In this document: positions 36,293 to 46,207 of the stretch, one piece after another
Position numbering within the stretch: the stretch's first letter is position 1
How the letters are laid out: each line of letters opens with the position of its first letter
Assembly: GCA_044356295.1 (NCBI GenBank)
Contig: JBIKWN010000013.1
Span: 1 to 50,489 of the forward strand
DNA: 50,489 nucleotides
Source: Bdellovibrionota bacterium
GTDB lineage: Bacteria > Bdellovibrionota_C > UBA2361 > JBIKWN01
Reading direction: 5' to 3'
Notes under the pieces: generated by a model
What the model was told of the DNA's origin: nothing
The model's database searches: none
What the model saw: only the letters and a program-made list of their open reading frames with translations
Program-made: the position numbers and the translations under genes

Positions 36293-37558
36293 GTGAATCA
36301 AAAAGAAAAAATAGCAATCATTGGTAGTGGTGTTGCTGGAATTGTTTCAGCTTATTTACTGCAAGATATTGCAGAAGTGACACTTTTTGAAAAAGATTCT
36401 CGCATTGGAGGTCATACCAGTACAGTTTTAGTTGATCAACCAAACGGTTCGCAAATTCCAATTGATACTGGGTTTATTGTTTGTAATGACAAAACGTACC
36501 CAAATTTTCATCAGTTCCTAGAACGTCTTTCGGTACCTTGGCGTTATGCTGATATGTCATTTAGCGTCGTAGATGAAAAATCAAATTTACAGTACGGCAG
36601 TAAAAATCTTGATACAATTTTTGCGGATAGAAAAAATCTTTACTCTAAAAGCTTTTGGCGTTTTTTAGTCGGAATACAGTCTTTTTGGAATCAGGCTAAC
36701 AAAGATGTTTTGAATGAATCGGTGCATCATCTTCCTTTACGTGAGTATTTAAAAAAACTAAATACTCCAGATGAAGTCATTCAAAATTTCATCCTCCCAA
36801 TCTCAGCAGCAATTTGGTCAACCCCTGATAAGCTCATGCTGGAATTCCCAGTTGGAATTTTTTTAAAATTTTATGCTAATCACGGCTTATTGAGTGTCTT
36901 TAATCAGCCTAGGTGGCAGACAGTCGCAGGTGCGAGTCATCAATATCTTTTGGCATTTCAAAGACAATTTAAAGGAAATATTTTTGTTAATGCTCAGATT
37001 CAGTCAATTAAAAGAGATGAAACTTGTATCACTATCAAAACTAATAATGATGTGATGTTATTTGATCGGGTAGTTATTGCAACGCATGCAGATCAAGTTC
37101 TTGATCTGCTTTCGAACCCAACCACTGAGGAACAAGAACTTTTCTCGGTATGGAAGTATTTGAAAAATCACACAATACTGCACACGGATGACAGTTTACT
37201 TCCATCAAATAAACGAGCGTGGGCATCATGGAACTATAGAAGGGAACTTTGCGAAGACGGTAGTCGTCCTTTGTCGATTAGTTATCATATGAATTGTTTG
37301 CAGGGTCTTAATACTGAAAAGCAGTACCTTGTTACCTTAAATTCCAGAAAAAATATTGCCCCCGAAAATATCATCAAAGAATTTCACTATACGCATCCAC
37401 ATTTTACAGTTGAATCAATGGAAACGCAGTCAAAGATTAAACAAATCTCTGGAAAAGATAGAATATATTTTGCAGGTAGTTATCTTCGTTTTGGATTTCA
37501 TGAAGATGCAGTGATGAGTGCAGTTGGTGTTGGAGAACAATTTGGAGTGAAGCTCTAA
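36293..37558 (+). CDS. FAD/NAD-binding oxidoreductase (COG2907 type; UfaD-like desaturase candidate)
   Basis: IAIIGSGVAG, GGHT.TV...DTGFIVCN..TYPNF, AAIWS, NHGLL, RAWASWNY, Y.MN.LQ, Y.HP, GFHEDA. Confidence 0.9.
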   Translation: MNQKEKIAIIGSGVAGIVSAYLLQDIAEVTLFEKDSRIGGHTSTVLVDQPNGSQIPIDTGFIVCNDKTYPNFHQFLERLSVPWRYADMSFSVVDEKSNLQYGSKNLDTIFADRKNLYSKSFWRFLVGIQSFWNQANKDVLNESVHHLPLREYLKKLNTPDEVIQNFILPISAAIWSTPDKLMLEFPVGIFLKFYANHGLLSVFNQPRWQTVAGASHQYLLAFQRQFKGNIFVNAQIQSIKRDETCITIKTNNDVMLFDRVVIATHADQVLDLLSNPTTEEQELFSVWKYLKNHTILHTDDSLLPSNKRAWASWNYRRELCEDGSRPLSISYHMNCLQGLNTEKQYLVTLNSRKNIAPENIIKEFHYTHPHFTVESMETQSKIKQISGKDRIYFAGSYLRFGFHEDAVMSAVGVGEQFGVKL

Positions 37559-39678
37559 TGGATGACCGTAACGTTAAAATAATACATCCTGATGGACTCT
37601 TTTACAGCGGAACTGTGGTGCATGGGCGACGTCAGCCCGTTGAACATTCATTTAGTTATCCCGCTGCATGGTATGCATTTAATGTAGATTCGTTATCCAA
37701 TTTGGATACAAGCCTTGCCTTTTTTGGGCATAACCGATTTCAAGTCACCTCTCTTTCAGATATCGATTACATGAAAGAAGAAGGTGGAACTATTCGCTCA
37801 AAGGTTGAACGACTTATCGAAGAATATGGAATTACCAAGAAACCTACAGCGATATATTTAATTACGACTCCCAAAATTTTCGGATATGTATTTAACCCAG
37901 TTAGTTTTTACTACCTTTATGATGACTCTATTCATCAAGTTTCATCATTAGAAGAGGCAACGCCTTACTGTTATCTTGCAGAGATAAATAATACTTACGA
38001 AGAAAGAACTATTTATGTATTCCCTTACACTTCTGCAAAAGTAAAAGATGGTACTTCAAGCTTCACTGTAAAAAAGCATTTTCATGTGTCTCCATTTTAT
38101 GATGAAACAGGGGATTATCATGTTCACTTTAGTCCACTAGGACAGTCGCTTGATATTCGTTTTAACTTACACCGAGAAAACGAAAAGCCATTTGTTGCTC
38201 GAATGTGGGGGAATGGGGAATCGCTTGACCAGATTTCACATGGACAAAAGTTATTAAAATTTGGCGTTACTATGGTAATGACCCTTCCTCGAATATATAT
38301 TCAAGCTCTACGTCTTTTATTTCAAAAGAAATTACCAGTTTTTAAGAAACCGAATCCTTTGATACCTATGGAAACAAAAAAAACAGTCACCCTCCGCGCA
38401 AAACCATATACGTGGTTTGATGGATTATGTCGGTCATTAGTCAAACCAGTACTACAAAAGCTTCGAGTTCATCAGCTTCGCTTTATTTATCCTGATGGGT
38501 CGACTGAGTATTTTGGAGATGCAAACTCACATGTTATCGGTGAAATTCACATCAAAAGTTTCAAATTTTTCTGGAAGCTAATTCACTCTGGAGGTATCGG
38601 CTTCGGAGAATCCTTTGTTGATGGAGATTGGGTTACTCCTGATCTAACACTCTGCATGAGGGTTATTCTTGATAATGACCGATATATGCACGAATCGAAA
38701 TTTAATCTTTTAAAACCAGTTCGTTGGTTTCATCGAGTCATGCATCGGCTTCGTAAAAATTCAAAAGATAATAGTCAGAAAAATATCTCTGATCATTACG
38801 ATCTTGGTAATGATATGTTCTCGCTTTTCCTTGATGAGAGTATGGTATATTCCTCTGGTGTATTTTCAAAAAATGGGTCAAGCCTCAATGAAGCTCAATT
38901 ACATAAGCTTAATCTAATATTAAAAAAAGCACAGGTTCGCCCTGGTGATAGAGTATTGGAAATTGGTTGTGGATGGGGTGAGTTAGCAGCTGTTGCAGCC
39001 AAAGAGTTTGGAGCCCATGTAACTGGAATTACTCTTTCAACTGAACAGAAAAAAATTGCAGAAGACAAAATGGCTTCTCGCGGTGTCACTGATAGCGTTC
39101 AAATACAGCTTCGTGATTACCGAGACGTCGTCGGAGAATTTGACCGTATTGTTTCAGTCGAAATGATTGAAGCAGTTGGAAAACACTACCTTGGTTCATT
39201 TTTTGAAACAATCGACAGAGTGTTATCTCCGAACGGTATATGTGTTCTGCAAGTGATTGCTTACTCTGACCCTTATTATAAAGAATATCTGGGAAGACAA
39301 GATTGGATCCAGAAACATATATTTCCTGGCAGTCACCTCCCATCACTAACTGCGCTCACCAACGCAATGACCAAGCACTCTAATCTTGTTGTTGATTCAA
39401 TTGAAAACTATGCAAAAGATTATGCATTAACGTTAGCTGAATGGAGAAAGAATTTTAATCTTAAATCCAAAGAGCTAGAAGCTATCGGTTACGATGCTAG
39501 GTTTCAAAGAGCATGGAATTTTTATCTTTCATCCTGTGAAGCTGAATTTTTAACCCGTTGGTTAAGTCTGTATCAAATTGTTCTGACCCGACCTAATAAT
39601 TCTGATTTTTCTGTGAATGATGGGGATGTGAAAGATGCGAACACATCTGAACAAGAACGGAAAGATTATGTTCATTAA
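37558..39678 (+). CDS. DUF1365-cyclopropane-fatty-acyl-phospholipid synthase (Cfa-like) fusion
   Basis: N-terminal part: HGRRQPVEHSFSY, GYVFNPVSFYY, AEINNT, KHFHVSPF. C-terminal part: GFGESFVDGDW, NISDHYDLGNDMF, LEIGCGWG, SVEMIEAVG, WIQKHIFPG, YLSSCEA. Confidence 0.92.
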   Translation: MDDRNVKIIHPDGLFYSGTVVHGRRQPVEHSFSYPAAWYAFNVDSLSNLDTSLAFFGHNRFQVTSLSDIDYMKEEGGTIRSKVERLIEEYGITKKPTAIYLITTPKIFGYVFNPVSFYYLYDDSIHQVSSLEEATPYCYLAEINNTYEERTIYVFPYTSAKVKDGTSSFTVKKHFHVSPFYDETGDYHVHFSPLGQSLDIRFNLHRENEKPFVARMWGNGESLDQISHGQKLLKFGVTMVMTLPRIYIQALRLLFQKKLPVFKKPNPLIPMETKKTVTLRAKPYTWFDGLCRSLVKPVLQKLRVHQLRFIYPDGSTEYFGDANSHVIGEIHIKSFKFFWKLIHSGGIGFGESFVDGDWVTPDLTLCMRVILDNDRYMHESKFNLLKPVRWFHRVMHRLRKNSKDNSQKNISDHYDLGNDMFSLFLDESMVYSSGVFSKNGSSLNEAQLHKLNLILKKAQVRPGDRVLEIGCGWGELAAVAAKEFGAHVTGITLSTEQKKIAEDKMASRGVTDSVQIQLRDYRDVVGEFDRIVSVEMIEAVGKHYLGSFFETIDRVLSPNGICVLQVIAYSDPYYKEYLGRQDWIQKHIFPGSHLPSLTALTNAMTKHSNLVVDSIENYAKDYALTLAEWRKNFNLKSKELEAIGYDARFQRAWNFYLSSCEAEFLTRWLSLYQIVLTRPNNSDFSVNDGDVKDANTSEQERKDYVH

Positions 39679-39696
39679 TAACGGTTAGGGTAGTGG

Positions 39697-39829
39697 CAAT
39701 GCTATTAATTTAAGAACTTAAGTACCGTGACCTTGAGCGTAGGCCTGAGCGTGACCAAAATAATTTAAGGTCACGCTCAGGCCTACGCTCAAGGTCACGG
39801 GGTAGAAATACCTTAACTTAATGACATTG
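39697..39829. mobile_element. 133-bp MITE-like element: 18-bp imperfect terminal IRs enclosing a perfect 32-bp hairpin
   Basis: Left end caatgctattaatttaag versus reverse complement of the right end caatgtcattaagttaag (15/18 match). Inner IR 39725-39756 / 39769-39800 with a 12-nt loop. No clean target duplication. Confidence 0.65.
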
Positions 39830-39848
39830 GGGAATAAAAGTGGCTATC

Positions 39849-40940
39849 CTAGCTACTATAGTTCTGGATTATATCAATAAAACGCCCAGTAACTTTATCC
39901 CAACCGCCATGTTGGAAAATATAACTTCTGCCACGACCCGATAATGTTTTAAACATTTCTTGATTTGAAAGAAGCGTATGAGCAGTTTCAGCAAATTTAA
40001 TTAAATATTCTTTGGATCCAACCGGCTCAGAGATTAAAATTCCCCTTTCTCCAATTGTCTCGGGTAATCCACCTGAATTTGATGCAATAACTGCACATCC
40101 AGCAGCCTGAGCTTCAAGAGCAACAATACAAGAGGTTTCAACAAATTGATTTGGATAAAAAAGAATAGATGATTTCATCATCTCACGAGCTAATTGACTT
40201 TGAATGCAATTGCCATGAAGGACTACAGATTTATTCTGTGACATTTTATTTTTTAAAGCTTCAAACTGTGCCACTAATGGACCAGAAAACTTTTGTTTAT
40301 CATCATAAACATCAAATCCTCCAAAGACATGAAATTCTGCTTTTGGCTCGAGTTTTTGAAGTAGTTGAAATGCAATAAATGCAAGATGTAACCCTCGATT
40401 GGGGGAGGAAGCATAAAATAATCGATTCGGGAAACGCTCTTCAGTACCAGAAAAGTTTTTTAAATTTACTCCATTTCCTATAAAGAAGATTTTATTTCGA
40501 GGATATCCGCTTTCTTTGCTCAAAACTTCTGCTTGCCACTGACTAACGCAAAAAATCCCATCAAGGGCAACGATCATCCTATGGTCACCGATTCCAAAAT
40601 TAACATATTGCTCAGGTCCATCACCGGTAAGCAAAAATACTTTTTTTGATGGTAATCGGAATCGAGCAGGGCGGTAATCTTTAACTAAGACAAGAGCATC
40701 GAATGGTTTACATGAGTGAATCGATTGTAGAGGACGATAGGTTGGAAGGTTAGCTGCCGTGACTTCAGTGTCCGAATCATAGTATTTTGTGAATACCTCA
40801 ACCTCGTATCCTTTAAGGGCAAGTTCATTGGCAAGATAGATAATACCAGTCTCTGTGCCCCCAAGAGGTCGTTCCTCTAGGCTTTTTCCATTAAATGGAA
40901 GGCAACTTTCACAAAAAAATCCAATACGCTGATGTTTCAC
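39849..40940 (-). CDS. GT4-family glycosyltransferase
   Basis: LGGTETG, VSQWQ, GNGVN, YASSPNRGL, ETSCIVALEAQAAG (E-x7-E). Confidence 0.92.
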   Translation of the reverse strand: MKHQRIGFFCESCLPFNGKSLEERPLGGTETGIIYLANELALKGYEVEVFTKYYDSDTEVTAANLPTYRPLQSIHSCKPFDALVLVKDYRPARFRLPSKKVFLLTGDGPEQYVNFGIGDHRMIVALDGIFCVSQWQAEVLSKESGYPRNKIFFIGNGVNLKNFSGTEERFPNRLFYASSPNRGLHLAFIAFQLLQKLEPKAEFHVFGGFDVYDDKQKFSGPLVAQFEALKNKMSQNKSVVLHGNCIQSQLAREMMKSSILFYPNQFVETSCIVALEAQAAGCAVIASNSGGLPETIGERGILISEPVGSKEYLIKFAETAHTLLSNQEMFKTLSGRGRSYIFQHGGWDKVTGRFIDIIQNYSS

Positions 40941-40959
40941 AATTGGTTACTATAGGTTA

Positions 40960-42090
40960 GTGAGTTCAAAAATTCTGTTTCTACAACATCGCTATTTTAA
41001 TCGAGCTGGCACTGAAGAGCATAGCCGTCTTTTATCAAAAGGGCTTGCTAGTAATTTTGATATTTCTATCCTTGCTATTGAGCCACTTCAAAATGGAAGG
41101 AGTGAGATAGTTCTTATTAAAAATGAGACAGTCACCAGCAGATGGGCTGTTCCGACATTAGCCTTTCCTGAAACGCCTACGGAACATGCTGTGTATGAAA
41201 CAATTCTTAATGAAGTACTCTCTGTAGAAGCACCTGACCTCATTCATATTCATCATCTTATGAATTGGCCAATAAAAATTGCTGAAGAATTACAAGCTCA
41301 TTCGATACCTCTGGCTTATACACTTCACGATTATTATGCCATGAGTCCTGAATACACATTTCAATCTGGTGCTGTGCCATTGCACACTGAGTATTATCAA
41401 CAGCGATTTGATTACTTTAAGCAATTACTGAGTTCGATATCGCTTATTGCACCCTCACCATTTGTAGCCGAAATGTATAAAAAAACATTTGGCGTTTCTG
41501 CTTTAGTTGTCCCACATGGAATTGCACCTATTTTAGAATCTGTAAGTAGTTCAGATAAAAATCTAAAAGATAGCGAACCTTCATTTGGATATATTGGTTC
41601 TCTGCTTCCTCAGAAGGGTTTTGATATTTTAATTCGAGCATTTCAGCACTACCGAAAGCAGGGTGGCTTGATGAACATGCATATTTTTGGTGGGGTAGTT
41701 CCAATTCAAGTCAAAGGGATCACGTTTTATGATGCTTATGACGCAAAAGATCTTCATTCAATTATGAAACAGTTTACAGTTGGTATTATCCCATCACGAT
41801 TTCCTGAAACTTTTTGTTTAACCCTATCTGAGCTTTGGGCTGCGGGAAAATATGTCATTGCTAGCAACCAGGGGGCGTTATTCGAGCGGATTGAGAGTGA
41901 AGGAAAACAAGCAGGAGTTACTTATGACTCGAATAGTATTCTTTCACTAGCCGATGCTATGAAAAAAACAGAATTAGAGAAGCCTTGGCTATCGTTTAAA
42001 ACTACTCCAGTGCGTACAGACCAACAGATGTGCGAAGATTACAGGCAATTATATCATGACATTCTCAATCGTTCAGATCGTACAACTTGA
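40960..42090 (+). CDS. GT4-family glycosyltransferase
   Basis: AGTE, PDLIHIHH, TLHDYY, IAPS, PHGI, KGFD, PETFCLTLSE. Confidence 0.9.
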   Translation: MSSKILFLQHRYFNRAGTEEHSRLLSKGLASNFDISILAIEPLQNGRSEIVLIKNETVTSRWAVPTLAFPETPTEHAVYETILNEVLSVEAPDLIHIHHLMNWPIKIAEELQAHSIPLAYTLHDYYAMSPEYTFQSGAVPLHTEYYQQRFDYFKQLLSSISLIAPSPFVAEMYKKTFGVSALVVPHGIAPILESVSSSDKNLKDSEPSFGYIGSLLPQKGFDILIRAFQHYRKQGGLMNMHIFGGVVPIQVKGITFYDAYDAKDLHSIMKQFTVGIIPSRFPETFCLTLSELWAAGKYVIASNQGALFERIESEGKQAGVTYDSNSILSLADAMKKTELEKPWLSFKTTPVRTDQQMCEDYRQLYHDILNRSDRTT

Positions 42091-43753
42091 TGAGACCGGA
42101 GACTCTAAGTACCGTATGGAGTGGCCTGCTCAAAGTCTGGCACTGCAAGATCCAGAGCTCTCAGTAATCAATGTACATTCCCAAGCAAAAGAGCGGTATG
42201 AATTAGCTGAAAAAGCAGATCTTCTCGTTTTATTTAATACAAATGATATCGATCTTATTCCAATAATCGAACGACGCAAAAAAAATGGGCTTAAAACAAT
42301 CTGCGAACTTAATGATAATTTCTATGAACCACAGCTTTGGTCTCCAATAGCAAAAGAATGGACATCGAATCATTTACGGGCAACGTATGAGCTATTCTTA
42401 AGAAATGCTGATCAGATCATGGTTACAGGTGAAGGGTTGTTAAATCTTTTTTCAAAACATACTACAACCCCAATTACTATTATCGAAAATAATTTACCTG
42501 ATTCGAGTTTGTCACTTGAGGATCTACTTTCGAAGAAGAAAAAAAGAAGTTTTGGTTGGGCAGGTTCTCTTGGGCATATAGCTGATATTTTATCAGTCGC
42601 ACCGCGTATTAAAAATTATTTATTGTTAGATAAAGATGCAACTTTTCATGTCATGGGTAATGAATCGCTTGCTTCTAATCTTCATCTATCAGAACGGTAC
42701 TTCTATACTGCTTGGGGAAGGATGGATCAGTACTTTGATTTTTGGAGGTCGATAGAAGTTGGAATTATCCCGCTCCTTAATACTCCATATAATCAATGTC
42801 GAAGTGATATTAAATTACTAGAGATGGTTTACTCAGGGACTGTTCCAATTGTGCCGCATGATCTTCCCTATCTTTCACTGATTGAGCGATTTAATATTCC
42901 TTCCTACCGAGATTTAAATGAGCTATCCGTAAAAATCCAAGAAGTGATTGAATTGCCAGATTCAGAAAAGAAAGAAATTCTTTCTAGTTTCTTTAAGTAT
43001 ATTCAAGACCACAGATTACAGTCGAATAATAAAAAAAGACTCGAGTTTTACCGTAAAAACCTCCCTCAAAATCCATCCAGACAATTATCAAACCACTCAA
43101 CTGGATATTCATTTTTTATTGGTTCTGAAAATACTAGTCCGAATTATGTTAATCAGATTGCGCAGTGTAATGCTCTGGTAAAAGCCCAACGAGTTGAAGA
43201 AGCATTGCAGCTTCTCCAGAATTTTATTCATGAATCACCACAACATTCAGAGTATGCCGTAAGCTATGCGTATATCTTAGCGAGAGTAAATCCAACTCTT
43301 GCTGATATATTTGTGAGTGAATGTGTAGATCTATTTGAAAATGATATTCGCTTCCGTGCTTTATCATTAGTGTTGAGTGATAGTATTGAATTGGCTTCGT
43401 ATCGAATACGATCGGTTATCAGTTACTTAGCGGTTAAGGATAAGTTATTTCAACGTGCTGCGTATCAGAGTATTAAACGATCCATCATTAGTTTGCTCGA
43501 AAAAATGCCCCAACTTATTGATATTATTGAAGAAATCTTGCTTCTCTATCCTTTCTCATATCAGCTTCGTTTTAAACTTGCAGAGCAGTATGAAAAACTA
43601 GACAGGGTGAAAGAAGCCAGAGCTCACTTCGATGCTTTACGTAAAGCGAAAGAGCAATTTGAAGATGGTGCAAATGAAATTGCAGAATATGATCTAGGAT
43701 ATATCACGGCATGGAGTAATACCTTAGATGCCAGGTATTCGATGAAGCGTTAG
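42056..43753 (+). CDS. Glycosyltransferase-like (GT-B) protein with a C-terminal TPR-like helical region
   Basis: YRMEWP, ELNDN, FGWAGS..H..D, GIIPL....YN.CRS.IK.LE; helical repeats after ~aa 365. Confidence 0.75.
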   Translation: MTFSIVQIVQLDETGDSKYRMEWPAQSLALQDPELSVINVHSQAKERYELAEKADLLVLFNTNDIDLIPIIERRKKNGLKTICELNDNFYEPQLWSPIAKEWTSNHLRATYELFLRNADQIMVTGEGLLNLFSKHTTTPITIIENNLPDSSLSLEDLLSKKKKRSFGWAGSLGHIADILSVAPRIKNYLLLDKDATFHVMGNESLASNLHLSERYFYTAWGRMDQYFDFWRSIEVGIIPLLNTPYNQCRSDIKLLEMVYSGTVPIVPHDLPYLSLIERFNIPSYRDLNELSVKIQEVIELPDSEKKEILSSFFKYIQDHRLQSNNKKRLEFYRKNLPQNPSRQLSNHSTGYSFFIGSENTSPNYVNQIAQCNALVKAQRVEEALQLLQNFIHESPQHSEYAVSYAYILARVNPTLADIFVSECVDLFENDIRFRALSLVLSDSIELASYRIRSVISYLAVKDKLFQRAAYQSIKRSIISLLEKMPQLIDIIEEILLLYPFSYQLRFKLAEQYEKLDRVKEARAHFDALRKAKEQFEDGANEIAEYDLGYITAWSNTLDARYSMKR

Positions 43754-43761
43754 TACGAATT

Positions 43762-45075
43762 ATGGCGACGATATCATTATGCATGATTGTTAAAGATGAA
43801 GCCCACTGTATAGAGCAGTGTATAAAAAGTGTTGCGTCTATTGTTGATGAAATCATAGTTGCAGATACAGGTTCAAAAGATGGGACAGGCGATATCGCAC
43901 GTCAGCATGGAGCACAGGTATTTGATTTTACATGGATTGATGATTTTGCAGCCGCACGTAATGCAACTATATCAAGAGCTACGAAAGAGTGGATTTTAAT
44001 CCTTGATGCAGATGAAGTAATTGCCGAATCTGATCTTACTGCACTAAAAAATCTGACAAACAATAGATTGATTTGTTCTGAATTTTTGCAACGTCACTAT
44101 ACCAATGATGTACGACTCAGTGATTTTTCTCCTTGTCGTGGTGAGTTTCCTGAACTTGAAAAACAGTATGCTGGTTACTTCGAAAGTAACTGTGTAAGAC
44201 TTTTCCCGCACCGTGATGGACTCGAGTATCGAAACAGAATCCATGAATTAGTTGAACCTTCAATCTATGAATTAAAAAAACATCAGATTCAAAGAACCCC
44301 AATTCGTATTCACCACTACGGTCACACGCCAGAGGTTCAAGCCCTCAAGAAAAAAGGGTTACTGTATACTCCGCTCGGACAGAAAAAAACATCAGATGAT
44401 CCAACTGACTGGAAGGCATTTTATGAATTAGGTGTCGAAAGAAATGTTAACGCAAAGTCTATCTCGGATAGAGAAGAAAGTGTTAAAGCGTTCTATCGAT
44501 CGATTGAGTTAAATCCTCACTATGTCCCAACATGGACAAATCTTGGGTATGTTTTAATGGAGATGGGGCGCTTTGAAGAATCGCTCACCGCTTTTAAAGA
44601 AGCATTAAAAAGAGAACCTCAAAATTCAGATGCATATTGTAATATTGGTGTTATTGGACTTCGAACTGGTGATTTAAAGCTCGCTGAACGAGCTACGCTT
44701 TCTGCAATTCAAATAAATCCTAAATATGTAAATGCTCTTAGAAATCTTGTAAAAATATACAGCCAGTCCAACCGAATGTCAGAGGCAGCACTTGTTTGTC
44801 GTTATATTCTTTCTTTGATACCAAAATATGCTCCAGCCTTAGCTGATTTAGGGGCACTCTACCTACAACAAAGAGATTTTACGGTATGTGAAAAATATCT
44901 TTTACAAAGTCATGCTCTTGAAGAGAAAAATGTCGAGACGCTCTATAACCTCGGTCAAATGTATCGTCTTCAACAGAAATTTACAGAATCAAAAACTTAT
45001 TTTTCAAAGATTCTCTCAGTAGCTCCTGAATTTGTGCTTCCTCCAGAGGTCAAAGCATTTATTGGCAGTATGTAA
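43762..45075 (+). CDS. GT2-family glycosyltransferase with TPR repeats
   Basis: ISLCMIVKDE, ADTGSKDGT, WIDDFAAARN, WILILDADE, IHE, IHHYG, followed by several TPRs (WTNLGYVL..MGRFEES...F..AL). Confidence 0.93.
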   Translation: MATISLCMIVKDEAHCIEQCIKSVASIVDEIIVADTGSKDGTGDIARQHGAQVFDFTWIDDFAAARNATISRATKEWILILDADEVIAESDLTALKNLTNNRLICSEFLQRHYTNDVRLSDFSPCRGEFPELEKQYAGYFESNCVRLFPHRDGLEYRNRIHELVEPSIYELKKHQIQRTPIRIHHYGHTPEVQALKKKGLLYTPLGQKKTSDDPTDWKAFYELGVERNVNAKSISDREESVKAFYRSIELNPHYVPTWTNLGYVLMEMGRFEESLTAFKEALKREPQNSDAYCNIGVIGLRTGDLKLAERATLSAIQINPKYVNALRNLVKIYSQSNRMSEAALVCRYILSLIPKYAPALADLGALYLQQRDFTVCEKYLLQSHALEEKNVETLYNLGQMYRLQQKFTESKTYFSKILSVAPEFVLPPEVKAFIGSM

Positions 45076-46117
45076 TAACTCTTTCCGCTACGTGATCCCA
45101 AGTATTTTGAATACCTTCAACAAGTGCTTTTTGAGAAAGAGATGACCATTGCTCTTCACGTAACATGAGATCGCAGATTGTTGTAATAAATCTTTCAATG
45201 ACTTCAGGTGAGATTATTTCTGCATCTGTAAGAATGACGCCACCATTACCTACTGTCTCGGGCAGTGCACCAAGACTGTTTGTTACAGGTACAGTTCCTG
45301 AAGCTTTTGCTTCCATAATAGAAATACAACTTGTCTCGGCGAATGTGCATGGATACGCATAAATTCCAGATTGCAGCATCTCTTTAGCAAGTTCCGCTTG
45401 TAAGATATTACCTTTCCAGATAACACCATCAATTTTTTCTAGTTGCTGCCTAATAATTTCAAGTTCTTCAAGTTGCTTATGTGGGATCGCACCAGCACCT
45501 TGATAAACGGTATAACCACTACAAACGCAAAATTCTGCATCTGGTATTTTGACTTTAATGCCTTTGAAAATTTCAATCAGATGAACAAGTCCACGGTACG
45601 GTGTTGAAGAATAAATAAGTCTTTTTCGACTATTTTTTCTTTCATCACTTTGAAAAAGCGAAGGATGAATCCCATTTCGAATTACAAATGTTTTCTCTTT
45701 TGGAAAACCAGATAGTTCACACATCGTTTTTTTATGCCATTCACTCACACAAAGAAGTCCATCGAGACGATTGGCGATTCGTTTATCACCTAACCCAACG
45801 GTTTGTGGTTGGTCATAAGAATCTCCTGTCCAAAGGAAACGTTTCTTTGCAGGTATCTCAGAGAAAATACTTTGCCAGTCTCTGACTCCGATTAAAATAT
45901 CGATTTCTCCAAGAAAGAAAACAGCTCTCAGTGGAATATATAAAGGTTCCGTAAGGGGTGGGTTTTCAAACGAAGAAACCACAAAAACGTCATGCCCTGC
46001 GGAGCTAAGTGCTTCCGCTAACCGAATCACACCAGTTTCTGTCCCACCAAGAGGGCGTTCATCGAGAGTTTTTCCATGAAAGGGCAGGCAGTTAGTCGGT
46101 AAGAAAACAATTCGCAT
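45059..46117 (-). CDS. GT4-family glycosyltransferase (paralog of 39849..40940)
   Basis: LPFHGKTLDERPLGGTETG, VSEWH, YSSTPYRGL, ETSCISIMEAKASG. Confidence 0.92.
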   Translation of the reverse strand: MRIVFLPTNCLPFHGKTLDERPLGGTETGVIRLAEALSSAGHDVFVVSSFENPPLTEPLYIPLRAVFFLGEIDILIGVRDWQSIFSEIPAKKRFLWTGDSYDQPQTVGLGDKRIANRLDGLLCVSEWHKKTMCELSGFPKEKTFVIRNGIHPSLFQSDERKNSRKRLIYSSTPYRGLVHLIEIFKGIKVKIPDAEFCVCSGYTVYQGAGAIPHKQLEELEIIRQQLEKIDGVIWKGNILQAELAKEMLQSGIYAYPCTFAETSCISIMEAKASGTVPVTNSLGALPETVGNGGVILTDAEIISPEVIERFITTICDLMLREEQWSSLSQKALVEGIQNTWDHVAERVITYCQ

Positions 46118-46207
46118 CGCAGCTTTATACTACGAGTTTTATTAGGGTTCGTGCAATTACCTTGTCAGCTGCCCTTGCAGATCGAAATCAAGTTATTAAC
46201 TTTCTGC

